A program made the translations under genes and the position numbers. The notes under the pieces were generated by a model. That model worked only from the letters and a program-made list of their open reading frames with translations, was not told where the DNA came from and did not search any database. DNA of 64,000 nucleotides from the human T2T-CHM13v2.0 reference genome, Homo sapiens: NCBI RefSeq assembly GCF_009914755.1, contig NC_060935.1. One strand, given 5' to 3'. Position 1 is the stretch's first letter. The number at the start of each line of letters is the position of its first letter. Below are positions 1 to 15,549 of this stretch, in pieces.

Positions 1-1713
1 TGAGACAGATGGAGAGATCTGGGGCTGGTGTGGGTGCAAGGCCCACGGGGGTGCTGGGATGGAGCCCTGAGCCCGCCAGCCATCCTGCCCACCCGCCCAG
101 CACTGCCCACCTCCCATGGCACTTCCTTCACTTGTTGGCTGGGGATCCTTGTTCCTGTCTCACAGATGAAGACATGGAGGCCTGGACGGGCACAGGGTTC
201 CTCCTGGCTCGCCCTGTTTTTGAGGGCGGACCTGGGAGTGAGCTCCAAGACTTCTGCCTCCCGGCTCTCCGCTCTCTAGCTGAAGGCCTCGGCCGTCCAG
301 CCCCGGATGAGAGCGCCACACCAGGGCCTCACCATGCCCCGTAGTCACAAGCCCCAAGCTCTGTGAGGTCTGACAGTGAGAAAGCCCCCTCACCCGGCCA
401 CACTCAGCCCTTTCCACCGCAGTGCCTTGGTTTCCCCTCAGAGCACCCAGAAGCACCCCCTGGGCTTTGGGAGAATAGAGCTGGGAGAGGTGGGTGCGGA
501 GTCAGCAGAATCCACTGGGGTCTGTCGGGAAGCAGAGCCCCACAGGTGCCTTGTGGAGAGAATGAACAGAGGGCCTTAAACAGGCTCCGAGAAACCAACA
601 GTGAAAGGAGCCCAGTGGAACCCAGAACCACCGGGAGCAGTCCCACTCATGGGCAGGGGACGGGGGAGAGATGGGGGTTGTTAGCACCTGGAGGCCCAAG
701 GGAGGGGCCCATAGAGCTGGGTTCTTGCCCTCTGTCCTCTGGGAGGGGGTGCTGTCTGGTGGGCGCTGGTGCCTCCCAGAAGCTCAATGAGGTTGGTCCC
801 AGCAGTGCCGATGGGGGGCTGGAAGCTCCAGGTGCAGCTGATAGGAACAGCCTAGTGAGTGCATCTCCTGTCCCCGCCTGCCCCAGGGCCCTGCTGGCAG
901 GACCTGGTGGGGAGTAGCTGCTGAGGAGAGCTGGAATGGGCGGCATCGCAGCCCACAGCACGGCAGAGCGGAGGGGTGGCTGGAGGGCAGCCCCGCTGTG
1001 CTGCTGCGGGGCCTCCGTGGCCACCTCCTTCCTGTCTCCCTGACTCGGCAGCTTCCCGCAGCCTCCTCCCTGCAAAGGGAGAGCCTCTTGCGTGACTGCC
1101 CCAGCAAAGGGAGCGAGGATAGCCCTCCCACCGCCATTTCTGAGTTACGGTTGTGGCAGCTGTATCATGTTCTGTAACTTACAGGCTAAATTGTAAGCCA
1201 CACCAAGAATCCTTATATGAAATTAGGATGGGGAAGGAGACAGGAAAAAGAGACACAGGTCTACGTTACAAGCAAGGAAGAAAATGAATAAAGGCCTGGT
1301 TTTATACCTGGCCGTGGGCCCTGCCTGGATCTCTTCTGCCACCTGCTCCGCGCTCCCTTCGCCTCCGCCAGCTCCCCACCTGGCCCGGGTTTTTCACCTG
1401 GCACAGGGACTGGACCTTCCTCCCTGAGGGGCCCGAGTCCTTGGTGGTCCTGCCTTTGGAAGGCTGGAGTTTTCTGCTAACTTTTCCTATGGGACATAGG
1501 AGTAAGAGGTGGCCCAGAGGACCCCCACCCAGCCCTCCCTGCTGTTCTCAGTGGCAGCAGCCAGCCTGCCCGCTCACCCTGCTGGCACAGCAGCCCTCTT
1601 TCCATGAACAAGCTATGGTCCAGCGTGTGTCCCGGTGGAAGCATCCCCACCTTGGGAGTGGATATTTCCAGAGCGGGGACCCAGAATGGGGGAGGTGGGA
1701 AGTGGAAAGCTGA

Positions 1714-1742
1714 CCATCCACCTGTGCCTCTTCACCATGTTC
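1714..1742 (+). repeat. 29-nt exact direct copy of exon-7 sequence 6198-6226
   Basis: ccatccacctgtgcctcttcaccatgttc present at both sites. Confidence 0.95.
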
Positions 1743-4244
1743 ACTCCCATTGCCCTTGCCTGGGTCCCAGTGGGTCCTGGCTGGGGGAGAGACAGCCCCG
1801 CCAAGTGGCCTCTGGTTCAGAGCCTGTGCTGTGCCCTGTGACCCTAAGCTGACAGCGTTGCTGAGTCTTCCTAAGGCTCTGGGACCCTTCCTACAGCCAG
1901 CTACTGTGGGCCCGCGCCGGGGCTGCCCCAGCTCTTTCACCTGAAGCAGCATTTGCAGGGCTGTGAGTGGGACACAGTGCCCCACAGTTCATTCCCAGGT
2001 CCTGGGATGGTGCTGGGAGAGGCGTTGGAGGCAGGGCAGGCAGATTCATAACCTGCATGCCTGTCTGTCCAGGGAGGACAGATGAGCGATGGTTGTGGGC
2101 AAGGGCCCCTCTGTTGTCAGGGGGCTGTCTCGGGCTGGTACCTGGCCCTGCCTCTGGCTGAGTGGTTGTGCTATTGGCACCAGGCATAGCCTCCGTGTCT
2201 GTCGTGGTGGTTGCTTTGTGTGTGGTGGAGGGAGTTAGGAGCAGGGTGGCTGAGGGAAGAGGCCTAGCTGCATCCACAGGATGCCTGGTCCTGGCCAGAG
2301 AGCCTCCTCTCCACGATGCCCATGGTGGGCGTTCACATGGGGCACCAGCTCCTTAGGCCACGTGCCCTGCAGAAAAGCTCGTTCAGAGCAGCTGGTCCAC
2401 ATACTTCCTCCCAGACCTCGTGCCCAGTCTTCCACTCTTCTCTCTCCACGCCCCTGTCCTCCACTTGGGAACATCCCCTTTCTCAGTCCACACAGGGGAC
2501 CGCCCAACCCTGCCCACTGCAGAGCTTTCCCTTCCGCAGCATCCGTGCAGCGCTTTCTTGATGGAGGCTGAAATGTGCGTGTGTGTGTTTCCGGCTGGGC
2601 CGGCTATCATTCAGCACGTCTGCAAACCAGGCCTGAGGTTTTCCTCTGTGGCCAGCTGTCCAGTCATAAAGAACTCCTACAGGCATGGGGTGGCTTGCAG
2701 GGAGGACTGGGTGCCCTCCAGCCTTGTGGCCGAGTGGGTTGGATAATATGGAGGCTGCCGGTCACTGTTGGGTTTTGCTCGTTCACTCTTGTCTTTGCCA
2801 GGGCTGTTTGGACGTGGTTTTTCCTCAAGGCCTTGGGTCTGAGGGTCCCAGGGGCTTGACTGGCATTGTGGTTGGTTGTCCTTGGAGGCTAGTCACCTGG
2901 ATGTACCTTCCCGTCCTTATAGAGGCCTCATGGCCCCAGCTGTCAAGGGAAGGCCCTCAGGTTGGGCTCTTGTGTCTGGGGAAGCTGTGCTGTGGTCTGT
3001 GTCTGACTACAGGTGAGGGTGCAAGTTCCTGGGCAGGGGAGGGGACCCAGCAGCATCTTCAGCACCTCCTTGGCCTGTAGAGGGGCTGAAAGAAGCCTTT
3101 GTTATCAGGCCCTAAGACCAGAGTTTCCAACCAGTGGGCAATGAATGGGTTCCGGGTGAGCTGGGCGCACAGGGCAGGGGCCAGAGCCCTGAGCAGTTCT
3201 CTGTTCACCACTGTTCTCTTGGCCTTCTCAGTCCTGCGCCAGGCCCTGGGGTCCCTTTTGAGAATGGTGATTCACTTGGAGTGAGCGCTGGGGATCAGTC
3301 ACTTGCAGATGTTCTGGAGGGCCTGCCGTGCTGCTGCTGGCTGGACCTTGGTGAACAGAATAGGCAGGTCTCTTGTCCTCTGAGACCCCCTTCTGGAGTG
3401 AGAGAGAGACTGCCAGCGCACAGAAGTGCCAGACATAGAGTGTGATTCCCAAGTGTGGTGGTGGGTGCCATGCCGGAGAGGAGCCCGGCAGCCCTGGCAG
3501 AGGTGGCGTTCTGCAGGTTGCGGGGGCTGAGCCGGCCGGCTGGGCAGACACTGGCAGCTTGAGGGCCGTGGCCTGTGAGGTCTGGGAAGGGGCTGGACTG
3601 ACTGGCTGGGCCTGTTCCGTGGACCCCGGAGGCCATGGGCAGAGCTGTGGGCAGTTGTCGGAGGGTTTTGGTTTTGTGCAAGGAGCTGACAGCTCTGCGT
3701 TTCTAAAACAAGATACTGATGAGGATGCGAGACTGCAGTGGAGAGCATGGATTTGAGATTGACAGGCGCCAAAGTGTAAACGAGATACTCAAGGGACTGA
3801 ATCCAGGTGTGAGGCAGAGAGAGGAGGTGGGGGCAGGGTGCCCAGCACAGGCGGATCGGGCAGTGCGGGGACCTACAGGGCAGCTGGGAGCACCAAGGTA
3901 GCTGTGTCTGGTGCTGAGGGCGCCAGGCAGGATGGGAAGGTGCTCATGGGGACCCCCAGGTGGGTCCCAGTGGCCAGGAGGGGAGGATGGGCTGGGATAG
4001 GAGCAGGGGAGTGAATGGAGGGGAGGGCAGGGAAACGTGGCATGATGGAAGCTGTGAGAACACTGGTGTGTGATGGTTGGGGCAGAAGGTGGTGATTGAG
4101 CCAATCCTGAGAGGGCTGGGGTGGGTTGACAGGACTGTGGGTGGTGTGGTGGCCGTGGGTGGGCCCTTCTGTCCTCACAGAAGGAAGGCAGGGAAGATGG
4201 GGATATCTGTGAGAGTGTGTGTGTGTGAGTGTGAGTGTGTGTGT

Positions 4245-4622
4245 GAGTCTGTTTTGCGTGTCCATAAAGCAAGACCTGAGGCTGGGTATTAATAGAGAAG
4301 GGGTTTATTTGGCTCACGGCTCTGTAGGCTGCATGGGAAGCATGGTGCTGGCGTCTGCTTCTGATGAGGCCTCAGGAAGCATCCACTCATGGCAGAAGGA
4401 GACGGGGAGCAGGTGTGTCACATGGCGAGAGAGGCCCCCAGACTCCTTTTAAAAACCAGATCTCTCGTGAACCCCTCACCTGAAGTCATTGCTGCAGGGA
4501 GGGTACCAGGCTATTCATGAGGGATCCACCCCACGACCCAAACCCCTCCTGCTAGATCCCGCTTCCAACACGGGGAGTCAGATTCAACGTGAGATTTGGA
4601 GGGGACGCACATTCACACCGTG
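4245..4622. mobile_element. MaLR LTR (MST-like), preceded by (TG)n
   Basis: tttatttggctcacggctctg...gaggcctcaggaagc...tcatggcagaagg...attcatgagggatcc...tgagatttggagggg. Confidence 0.75.
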
Positions 4623-5130
4623 TGAGTGTTGAGCGTGGGAGCAGTGAGGCTGGAGGGCGCTGTGTGAGTGTGGGGGTGTGGAGGTGGGGCTCCTGGAGGC
4701 AGGGTCTGTGTCTGGGAGGGGAAGGCTTGGAGATGGGGACACAAGGGGAGGCGGGTTGAGGGGTGAGGAGGCGGGGATGGTACCCTGAGAAGCCAGGTGT
4801 GCTGGGCAAGGCAGGAGGGTACCAAGGGAGGCATGGGGCCACCACCCTTCCAGCTGTGTCCTGGGTGGGCACAGGGGAGGATGGCCTGGGACAGGGACAG
4901 GTGTTAGGATTGGGGAACCTGTGTGTGCAGCGCCCAGGAGTTGGGAGATGGGTAGTGGGGAGGCCTGTGACAGGGAAGGACTGCAGAGCATGTGGCCTGG
5001 AACAGGTCTCAAGGCCAGCTCTGGAGCCAGGCCCTCCACTTTGGGCTCAGTGACTCTGGAGTGGCCCCCAGGGCACTGGGGTCTCTGAACCGTGTGCCCA
5101 TCTGGGATGGTCGGTGAGGGGTAGAACTAA

Positions 5131-5646
<516 letters not shown>

Positions 5647-5854
5647 TAGACTTCATAAAGCTGAGCTGCTCCTGACGACACCCCTGCTTGGAAGCCCTCG
5701 TGGCTCTTGTTGCCACTAGAAGCGTGGGGCTCTCTCCCTGCGCCCCAGGCCCAGCCTCCATCCAGCCTCGGCTCACCCCTGGTCCCGATCCCCTGCCGCC
5801 CTCCGCTCTTGCCAGTGGCAGCGTTGCCCGAGTCCCTAGTGGCTCACGTGCTGA

Positions 5855-6304
<450 letters not shown>

Positions 6305-7076
6305 TAACAGAGGGGGCTGGGCTGGTGTCTGCTGCCCTGGCCTAACCCATGTGCGGACTCTGTCCAGTAATAGCAGTGGCCCATCTGGGGTCCAGGAGTC
6401 TGCCTTTGGGTGGCCACAGTGCTCCACCACCCCACTGCCCAGACACCTGTCTGCCCTGGGGTCTCCTGGGCTCAGGGCCACTTGTCCTTTGTCCTGGCTG
6501 TCCGCTCCCACCCTCCTCTGCTCCCTCCCATCCTGACTCAGTTCCCCTATCCTCCTTCCCACTTCCCTCCCCCCTCCCTATCCCCCGCCCCTCCCCGCCC
6601 TTCCCCGCCAGGCTATTCACTGAGGGTGGGTCCTCTGGTTTCTCCTCCAGCCCTGTTCATCCTTCCTGACAACCAGGCTTGCCCTGTACCCTCTCTGACT
6701 GCAGCCCCCAAGGCTGCGCTGGCCTATTGGGAGGGCCCTCACCTCCCACGCCCTCTCCTGCCACTAGTCTCTCCCACCATATCCTCCTCTGCGGCTGCCC
6801 CGGGGCCCAGCAGCTCGTTGCTGTGTGGAGGCGTCTTCCTGTCCCCCAACCCCGCTCCAGTGCTATGTGTTTGTCCTCCTGTCCTGGCCGAGGGCACCAT
6901 CCTTCTTGGGGCTGGGGCCACGCTGCATCTCTGCTGCTTTGTTGTGGGAGTGGACAGTGCTCAGCCTGCGCTGCTGTTCCTGTTTGTGGCCGTGTTGGGG
7001 TTTGGTGTGTGTTGTCCAGAAGGGGAAGGCTGAAGCCCGCGTTCTCACCCAGGGCGGAAGCGGTCATTGAGCCCCT

Positions 7077-7465
7077 GTGTGGCTCTGCATGTGTGTGTGG
7101 AGTCTGCATGTCTGTGTGCATGTTTGTTTGTATGTGTAGGTGTATGGTGTTTATGTCTGTGTGCGTGTTTGTATGTGTGCATGTGTAGTGTCTGTGTGCA
7201 TGGTGTCTGTATGTCTGTGTGTGTGTTTGTATGTGTGCATGTGTAGTGTCTGTGCATGGTGTCTGTGTGTCTGTGTGCGTGTGTGGTGTCTGTGTGCATG
7301 GTGTCTGTATGTCTGTGTGTGCGTGTGGTGTCGTGTGTGTGGTGTGTCTGTGTGCATGCATGGTGTCTGTATGTCTCTGCGTGCGTGGTGTCTGTATGGC
7401 TGTGTGCGTGTGCATGTGTGTGCGTATCTCTGTGTGTATGTGTGTGTTTGTGTGCCTGTCTGTGG
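7077..7465 (+). repeat. Degenerate (TG)n tract rich in TGCATG
   Basis: Read directly. Confidence 0.9.
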
Positions 7466-9624
7466 GTGGTGGGGGCAGCTGGGTTGTGGAGATGGAACCG
7501 GCTGACAGAATCTCAGGCCCTCCTCTGTGTGACCGTCCAGTGACCCCTGCAGTAGCGCTGTTTGCCAGAGCCTGTACCAGGTGGATGGCGTCAGTGTGGG
7601 TGCTGGAAGTGGCAACAGCCTCGGCCTTGAGGCCAGGGTGTGGTCCTCGGCCCCGGGAAAGCCAAGTGTCCCATCCTGAGGCACCTGGAAGGGTTGGCTC
7701 CTCCTCCAGGCGTGGGTTTCTGCCCCACGAAGGGGACCTAGGGGAGCAAGGTGTACCTTGTGTGAGGGGTGCGTGCTTGTCGTGGTCTTGGCAGGAGTCT
7801 GGATCCCTGTCCGAGGCAGGACTTGAGAGGAGCGTGGGATGGTACCCGGCCCATCCTGCCTTCCTTCCCTGGCCATCATGCCCTGCCAGCCTGGCCTGGG
7901 GCGGTAGCCAGGCTGTGCTTCTGGGTGCAGCGGCCGCCTTGCTTTAGCTACCTTTGTGAGTGCGGTCCAGAGCCAGCCTGCTTGTCCTCTGCTGGCTTTG
8001 CTCGTTGTGAAGCTCCAACCTGGATTGATTTCCAAGAACCAGGGTTGGTGTTGGGGTGTGTGGTCTCCCAGCAGCCGTGATGGTGCTGTCCCATTTTACA
8101 GATGTTTCTCAGGTCGGGGCTGTGGGCTGGCTCGGGTCCATCGTCGCTGGTTGTGGCAGGTTGGGCAGGAGCCCAGGGCTCCTCTGTGTCCCTGCAGAGC
8201 TGTGGCTTGGGCTGGGCAGGAGGTACGGGAAGTCATGCCTAGGGTCTGGAGCTGAATTGTAGAGGAGGAGCGTGAGGCCTGCTGGGAGGTACACAGTGTG
8301 GGGTGGGAGATGGGCCGGGGCAGGGCCACCTGCCTTGGGGAGTTCTGTCGGCTCTATGGACCTCAGCGTCTGTTAGGTGGTGTGCCTCAGCTGGCTCGAA
8401 GCCTGGCCCTAAACCTTGCTCCATGGGCGCTCGGTGGGTTGCTTTACATTTGGGAACGTGGTGGTTTGACTGGGTGAGGGTGGGACGGGGGATGCCCGGG
8501 AGGCCTGGACCCAGTGCTGTGGTCCTGCCGTCCCCGGTGACCGCTGGAGGCCAGCCTGCCCTCCAGGCCTCGGAAGGCCTTGCTCTGCTCCTCCACTCTG
8601 GCTTGGGCTGAGGCCCAGGAGGGGCCCGCCTAGCTCTCCCCAGCAGGGGAGCCTGTCCCTACCCGTGGCTCTGTGCCTGACAGCGCTCCCTGCCTTCTGA
8701 CTTCCTCTCAGTGGCCCCTGTGCCCCCTCCCCCAGCAGACTGTGGAGTCTTCACCAATTAGCTCACGTGTCCTCGGGAGCCCCTGACTGGACAGACGAGG
8801 GGACAGTGCCATTTTATAGGTGAGGCCTTGGAGGCCTCAGTGCTATTGATGCGGCTGTGAGGCAGGAAGGGCGGCCTGTGCGACAGAGAGTGGCCATCAC
8901 AGGTGCCTCCATGCCAGGGCCTGCCTGCGGGGTTGCCCCTTGGCCAGCAGCTGGGATTGTGGCTTTGAAACGATCCCTAAGAGAGGAGGTTGCTTTGTGT
9001 GCCAAGTCCCGCTGTGCCACCTGCCCCCACAGTTCATACAACCAGTCTGGTTTGCGGGAACCACCCATCTTCCAGCTGGGGGGTCTGGAGGCTTGGTAGG
9101 CAGAGGGTGCCCATGAGCCTGGCCCCAGTGAGAGCCCCGGGCCCGGAGTCTCAAGCAGAGTTGCTTTCCGAGCAGAAACACTGCATGTACCAGCTGTGTT
9201 TTGTGGCTGGGACCCCTCTCAGGAGGGAGAGAGGATAGGGACTCCGGTGTGGATGCCCCCTTACCAATGGCTGTGATTCGCCACAGCCACGAGCACAGTG
9301 CCACTGAGTCCCGTGGGTGGCTATGGGCGGCCGTGGGCCCTGACACACAGCCTCTAGAGCAGGCTTCACGAAGGGTCCAACCTATCTCACCCTGGCAGCC
9401 TGGGCCCCTCTGCTCCTCCTGCCCCTCCTGCCTCTGCCCCGTAGCCTCACTGCTTGCACAGTGCATGGCAGAGTCGGCTGCGAGCAGGCGAGGTGGCCTG
9501 AGGGAGGTCACTAGGCTGGCTGAGGGCTTTTTGCTGTGGTTCTGAGCCGGCCTGCTTCCAGGCACCGTGTCCATGCGGGTGAGCGGTCTCCCTGGGTGCC
9601 CACTCTTGCGCCCGGAGATCCTGA

Positions 9625-10002
<378 letters not shown>

Positions 10003-10024
10003 TAAGTGGAGAAGAAAGGGTGAC

Positions 10025-10200
10025 ATTTTCCTTCCTCCCCTTCTTTTCCTATCTCTTCTTTTTTTGTCTTGGTTTTCTTCTCCCTCTCTCTTGTCCCTTC
10101 TCTTTCCTTCTTTCCTTTTCTGTCTCATTCCTTTGCTTTCTCACTCCCTCCTCCCTTTTTCTTTTCATCTCCTCTTCCTCCTTGTCTTCTCACTCCTCTG
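10025..10200 (+). repeat. CT-rich low-complexity tract
   Basis: Almost entirely pyrimidines. Confidence 0.85.
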
Positions 10201-10523
10201 AGAAGCTGAAAGTGGCTGGTGTTCTTCATAGGGCGATGATGGCAGTGGTCAGAGGGGTCTCCTGGTGCCGTCCTGCTGGAGCTCCACACATCCACGCTGC
10301 GGTTGCTGCCGAGGTTCAGCTGTGGGAGCCACTGGGCAGCAGCATGTGAGGGCCAAGGGTCTTACTGGCCACGACGCTCACCCTGTGTGATGCTCATGGG
10401 GCCTCCACTGCTCAGGTGCAGGTGTGGCCAGGATGGAGGCCACGGTCCTGGGCTTGGCTGTGGCCCAGCCACCCTGGCTGGTGCCTTTCATCTTGCGGAC
10501 CCTGAGTGCTGTCTCTTGTGTCC

Positions 10524-12352
10524 TCTGAGTCCTAGGAAGTGACCGCAGTGGGAGCAGGACCGTCTGAGTCCTAGGAAGTGACCGCACTGGGAGCAGGGCC
10601 GTCTGAGTCCTAGGAAGTGACCGCACTGGGAGCAGGACCGTCTGAGTCCTAGGAAGTGACCGCAGTGGGAGCAGGACCGTCTGAGTCCTAGGAAGTGACC
10701 GCACTGGGAGCAGGACCGTCTGAGTCCTAGGAAGTGACCGCAGTGGGAGCAGGACCGTCTGAGTCCTAGGAAGTGACCGCACTGGGAGCAGGACCGTCTG
10801 AGTCCTAGGAAGTGACCGCAGTGGGAGCAGGGCCGTCTGAGTCCTAGGAAGTGACCGCAGTGGGAGCAGGACCGTCTGAGTCCTAGGAAGTGACCGCAGT
10901 GGGAGCAGGACCGTCTGAGTCCTAGGAAGTGACCGCACTGGGAGCAGGACCGTCTGAGTCCTAGGAAGTGACCGCAGTGGGAGCAGGACCGTCTGAGTCC
11001 TAGGAAGTGACCACAGGGGGAGCAGGACCGTCTGAGTCCTAGGAAGTGACCGCAGTGGGAGCAGGACCATCTGAGTCCTAGGAAGTGACCGCAGTGGGAG
11101 CAGGACCGTCTGAGTCCTAGGAAGTGACCGCACTGGGAGCAGGACCGTCTGAGTCCTAGGAAGTGACCGCACTGGGAGCAGGACCGTCTGAGTCCTAGGA
11201 AGTTACCGCAGTGGGAGCAGGACCGTCTGAGTCCTAGGAAGTGACCGCAGTGGGAGCAGGACTGTCTGAGTCCTAGGAAGTGACCGCAGTGGGAGCAGGA
11301 CTGTCTGAGTCCTAGGAAGTGACCACAGGGGGAGCAGGACTATCTGAGTCCTAGGAAGTGACCGCAGTGGGAGCAGGACTGTCTGAGTCCTAGGAAGTGA
11401 CCGCAGTGGGAGCAGGACTGTCTGAGTCCTAGCAAGTGACACAGGGGGAGCAGGACCGTCTGAGTCCTAGGAAGTGACCGCAGTGGGAGCAGGACCGTCT
11501 GAGTCCTAGGAAGTGACCGCACTGGGAGCAGGACCGTCTGAGTCCTAGGAAGTGACCGCAGTGGGAGCAGGACCGTCTGAGTCCTAGGAAGTTACCGCAG
11601 TGGGAGCAGGGCCGTCTGAGTCCTAGGAAGTGACCGCAGTGGGAGCAGGACCGTCTGAGTCCTAGGAAGTGACCGCAGTGGGAGCAGGACCGTCTGAGTC
11701 CTAGGAAGTGACCGCACTGGGAGCAGGACCGTCTGAGTCCTAGGAAGTTACCGCAGTGGGAGCAGGACCGTCTGAGTCCTAGGAAGTGACCGCAGTGGGA
11801 GCAGGACCGTCTGAGTCCTAGGAAGTGACCGCACTGGGAGCAGGACCGTCTGAGTCCTAGGAAGTGACCGCAGTGGGAGCAGGACCGTCTGAGTCCTAGG
11901 AAGTGACCGCAGTGGGAGCAGGACCGTCTGAGTCCTAGGAAGTGACCGCAGTGGGAGCAGGACCGTCTGAGTCCTAGGAAGTGACCGCAGTGGGAGCAGG
12001 ACCGTCTGAGTCCTAGCAAGTGACACAGGGGGAGCAGGACCGTCTGAGTCCTAGGAAGTGACCGCAATGGGAGCAGGACCGTCTGAGTCCTAGGAAGTGA
12101 CCGCACTGGGAGCAGGACCGTCTGAGTCCTAGGAAGTGACCGCAGTGGGAGCAGGACCGTCTGAGTCCTAGGAAGTGACCGCAGTGGGAGCAGGACCGTC
12201 TGAGTCCTAGGAAGTGACCGCAGTGGGAGCAGGACCGTCTGAGTCCTAGGAAGTGACCGCACTGGGAGCAGGACCGTCTGAGTCCTAGGAAGTGACCGCA
12301 GTGGGAGCAGGACTGTCTGAGTCCTAGGAAGTGACTGCAGGGGGAGCAGGAC
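10524..12352 (+). repeat. 39-bp VNTR, ~47 copies (intron 8)
   Basis: Unit tctgagtcctaggaagtgaccgca(g/c)tgggagcaggaccg. Confidence 0.98.
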
Positions 12353-12414
12353 TGACTGTGGGGAGGGCTGCAGGGAGGCTTTCAGCTCTGTGTGCAGAGG
12401 GACATCCTTGATAG

Positions 12415-12845
<431 letters not shown>

Positions 12846-12877
12846 GGAGACCTCCTTTCTATTGCAAAAGCAAATAG

Positions 12878-13024
<147 letters not shown>

Positions 13025-13127
13025 TAACGTGGCCAGCATTTTGTGACAGGATCCCGAGAGCTCAGGGACCGATACACTCTGCTGCCTCCACGACCTGAAA
13101 CTTCACATCCGTGTTTTTCACTCCAGA

Positions 13128-13690
13128 GATCACCCCAGGGATCCCCTGCCAACAGCTTTTAACCCCAGAGATCCCCCACCAACAGCTTCACCCGAGGGAT
13201 CCCCCACCCCACGGCTTCACCCCAGGGATCTCCCGCCAACAGGTTCACCCCAGGGATCCCCCACCAACAGCTTCACCCCAGAGATCCCCCACCAACAGCT
13301 TCACCCGAGGGATCCCCCACCAACAGCTTCACCCCAGGGATCTCCCACCAGCAGCTTCACCCCAGGGATCCCTCACCAACAGCTTCACCCCAGGGATCCC
13401 CCACCAACAGCTTCACCCCAGGGATCCCTCACCAACAGCTTCACCCCAGGGATCCCCCACCCCACGGCTTCACCCCAGGGATCCCCCGCCAACAGGTTCA
13501 CCCCAGGGATCCCCCACCAAGAGCTTCACCCCGGGGATCCCCCACCAACAGCTTCACCCCAGGGATCCCCCACCAACAGCTTCACCCCAGGGATCCCCCA
13601 TGCCACGGCTTCACCCCAGGGATCCCCCACCAACAGCTTCACCCCAGGGATCCCCCACCAACAGCTTCACCCCAGGGATCCCCCACCCCA
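13128..13690 (+). repeat. 28-bp VNTR, ~20 copies (intron 9)
   Basis: Unit acagcttcaccccagggatcccccacca. Confidence 0.95.
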
Positions 13691-13851
13691 CACTTTCTGT
13701 TCTGTCCCCACCATTGACCTCGTCATCCTCCCACCTGTGACTGCGCTGGCCAGGCCATGTTTCCATTTGATAGGGGACGCCCCCGGCGCTGTGCTATCCT
13801 GTGCCGGCCACCCTTGCGTTGGTTTTGCTGCTGTACTGGTGGCGCCCCTGA

Positions 13852-14001
<150 letters not shown>

Positions 14002-14425
14002 TGAGATGAGCAGCTGGGTGACCCTTGCTGGCCAGGCCCCTGGTGGGACGGGAGGGCAGGGTTGCCACCTCTTGTGGATCAGCCGGGGATGCACATGTGT
14101 TGTTGCTCTAGCCACTGCCAGAGATGGCAACTCCCAGGACAGCAGACCCTAAACCCTCTTGAGGGGGAGCTGGGGGCGCCCCCAACACACAGAGGAGAAA
14201 CGCGGCCCAGCATATTGCGCAGCACGCCCGTCAGACTCCTTCCTGTGCGGCCTGTCCCGGGAGTCTGACCAATCCTCTCATTCCTGGGGGGTGAGGGGCT
14301 GCCCCCAGGCTGTGGGGAACTGGGCCCCCCCCCAAGGCTGCCCAGACTCCCCCTCTGCCTGTTCCCCAGGGGAGGGAAGGGTCGGGGGTTCTGAGCTGGG
14401 GGAGGGCTGATCCTGCCGTTCATAG

Positions 14426-14542
<117 letters not shown>

Positions 14543-14938
14543 TGAGTGCTGGGCATGGACCCTCTTCTCCCTGAGGGTGGGTGCTGTGGCTGCTGGGCAG
14601 GGGCCGGGTGTTCATTAGGGGCTTCTTGTGCTTGGCCTGTGCCTCGCCCCTGCTGGCTGGCACCCGACTCATGGAAACCACCATGTCCCTGGCGCTCTGT
14701 GGTTCCCGGCGTCCTTGTCCTGAGTCCATGCCTTTGTCTTCGTGCCCCCCGGGGACCCTGGGCTGGTGAAGGGCCGAGTGGCCCGGCCTTCTTGTCCCCC
14801 TTTGTGCTCTTCTACCCTTCTGTGCTGACTTAGGCAGCAGAGCCAGAGGTGCGTGGGCCAGGTGTCCACACCACCATCCTGCTTGGAAATGAGGGCAGAG
14901 AGCTTGAGGGACATTGCAGTGGAAAGTTCTGGTCCTGA

Positions 14939-15549
<611 letters not shown>

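Noticed and set aside
10524-12352. CRISPR-like appearance of the regular repeats
   Set aside because: Units are head-to-tail with no unique spacers, and the context is a human intron.
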